Source: an uncultured delta proteobacterium (GTDB lineage Bacteria; Desulfobacterota; Binatia; Bin18). From it: 64,000 nt of DNA. Under the pieces are notes generated by a model, which made no database searches, was not told the origin of the DNA, and saw only the letters and a program-made list of their open reading frames with translations. The stretch covers positions 32,001 to 96,000 of the forward strand of contig CAVTCR010000060.1 in NCBI GenBank assembly GCA_963733195.1, in the 5' to 3' direction. Positions 62,482-64,000 of this stretch are shown here, piece after piece. Positions within the stretch are counted from its first letter, which is position 1; each line of letters begins with the position of its first letter. The translations under genes were made by a program, and so were the position numbers.

Positions 62482-64000
62482 CCAGGCACCCTCCCCCTTC
62501 TTCATTTCTTTTCTCTGCCTTCCCCTCTCGTTTTCGTCACGGACGATTGTTTTTACTCCTTAGTGCGTGCCTCGGTGGCCAAGGCAGTGCAACCTGGGGT
62601 TGGTTTTCCCTCTCTTCATGGTGGGCAGGTGGGCTTGCCGTGTTGGGGCTTGCTGTGTGGTGGCTCTATGGTCGCTCCGCAGCGTTATTCACTGTTTGTC
62701 TTTTCCTCGTGTTTGCCACTACACATATTTCCCTGCAACGTGTCCTCTCTCCACGTTTCCCTACTGATCATCTTCGCCAGCTCTCTCTACCACAAGAAGT
62801 GACAGTCGAAGGGTGGCTCTTCCGTGAACCCGAACGGTTTCCCCACCGTGGACGACTGTACCTCGAAACACTTCGCTTGTGGAAAGATGGCTCAGCATCT
62901 CCAGCCACAGGAAAAATTCTCCTCACTGTCCGTTCTCTTTCCGGTTCGTGGCGCTACGGGGATGTGCTACGAGTGCCCCTCAAGCTTCGTGCACCACGCA
63001 ATTTCCACACACCCGGAAGCTTTGATTACGAGCGTTATCTTGCCCGTCATGACATTTATCTCACGGCTTTCCTCTGGGAAGATCGAGGAATCGAACAGAT
63101 CGGAACAACACGGAATTCTCTCCAACATCGAATCGAGCACTTGCGTAGAGACCTTGGAACATTTTTCTCTGCCCACCTCGATTCGCAAACAGCCGCAGTT
63201 TTACGGGCTCTCATCCTTGGGGATCAGGGGCTTATCGAGAAAGATCTGCGCCAAGCGTTTGCTCAGGCCGGAGTCACTCATGTCCTATCAATTTCTGGAC
63301 TCCATATCGCATTGGTCGCAGCGACAGCATACGGAGGCTGGTGGTGGTTATTGGGACGCAGTCGCCTGCTGCTTCTCACTTTCACAATGCCGAAGCTTGC
63401 CTCGATATTGACATTCCCTCCGGTCTTATTTTATGCCGCACTTGCTGGCGGGAACGTTGCCACTTGGCGTTCCGTCATTATGGTCTTTGTATATTTACTT
63501 GCGCGTCTCGTTGATCGTCGAGGGGACATTTATCGCAGCCTCGCGCTTGCGGCCCTTGTCATTTCCTTCATAGAGCCAGGAGCTGTTCTTGATATTTCCT
63601 TTCAGCTTTCATTTGTTTCTGTCTTCAGTATCGCCCTCGGCACAGAGCAACTTTCCTCCTGGTGGGAAAAGTGGAAAACTCATCCATTCTTTCACAAGTC
63701 TGAAGTACGCTCGGACCTTCTCCGTTGGGGAGTAACATATGGAGCGGTATCCGTCTTTGCCCTGCTCGGTACCGCACCACTCACAGCCTTCCATTTTAAT
63801 CAGATCTCCCTTGCTGGACTCATCGCCAATTTGATTGTAGTTCCACTCCTTGGGAGCGCTGCTGTGATCTTCGGCCTTCTTACCGTCGTAGGGTTTTTTC
63901 TCGATTCGCGTATTGCTACCATTTTTCTCACGATTGCAGGGCTCATCACTCACATCGGAAACGAGGTTGTCAAATGGTTCGCGACGCTGCCCTACGCAGC
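62478..64000 (+). CDS. comEC: ComEC/Rec2 DNA-uptake channel (continues past the window end)
   Basis: Translated by hand from the ATG overlapping the uvrC stop: PGSFDYERYL, LILGD, GVTHVLSISGLH, DISFQLSF; no stop found. Confidence 0.9.
   Translation, partial: MTRHPPPSSFLFSAFPSRFRHGRLFLLLSACLGGQGSATWGWFSLSSWWAGGLAVLGLAVWWLYGRSAALFTVCLFLVFATTHISLQRVLSPRFPTDHLRQLSLPQEVTVEGWLFREPERFPHRGRLYLETLRLWKDGSASPATGKILLTVRSLSGSWRYGDVLRVPLKLRAPRNFHTPGSFDYERYLARHDIYLTAFLWEDRGIEQIGTTRNSLQHRIEHLRRDLGTFFSAHLDSQTAAVLRALILGDQGLIEKDLRQAFAQAGVTHVLSISGLHIALVAATAYGGWWWLLGRSRLLLLTFTMPKLASILTFPPVLFYAALAGGNVATWRSVIMVFVYLLARLVDRRGDIYRSLALAALVISFIEPGAVLDISFQLSFVSVFSIALGTEQLSSWWEKWKTHPFFHKSEVRSDLLRWGVTYGAVSVFALLGTAPLTAFHFNQISLAGLIANLIVVPLLGSAAVIFGLLTVVGFFLDSRIATIFLTIAGLITHIGNEVVKWFATLPYA

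Noticed and set aside
62563-63953. Short ORFs suggesting a fragmented region at the window end
   Set aside because: They are off-frame or antisense to the continuous comEC frame starting at 62478.

Overview
64 kb of core chromosome from a Gram-negative bacterium with a deltaproteobacterium-like gene order (Candidatus Binatia-type lineage is a guess from gene order only). Order: TPR protein (partial), cyclase-fmt-def-priA (-), pilMNOPQ, a highly structured 450-bp spacer, aroC-aroK-aroB, two unannotated outer-membrane-type lipoproteins (one with Ig-like domains), rlmD-pgeF-gpsA, then the origin-type cluster rpmH-rnpA-yidD-yidC-jag-mnmE-mnmG-rsmG-[parS x2-4]-parA-parB-atpF'FHAGDC (-) with no dnaA beside rpmH. 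After that come lnt-prfB (programmed +1 frameshift)-rodZ-like-PAC2-rimO-dksA, metabolic genes (glycerate kinase, Mo-oxidoreductase, thrB, biotin carboxylase plus carrier, a formyl-hydrolase pair with IclR, etfBA, SDR, hydrolases), pilT-pilU, carD-ispD, rimI, comEA, a small Cys-patterned lipoprotein, uvrC and comEC (runs off the end). Many single-base frameshifts fall in normally essential genes (atpD, atpH, lnt, ispD), which points to long-read errors. No rRNA, tRNA, CRISPR array or transposase was seen. Best leads: (1) a GGA-rich, multi-hairpin RNA element with alternative folds between pilQ and aroC, whose GAGG..TGTGGT motifs recur at the start codons of the two downstream lipoprotein genes; (2) a Thermus-like rnpA reading frame that fully overlaps rpmH; (3) the Ig-like lipoprotein pair; (4) a lipoprotein with mirror-symmetric cysteine spacing.
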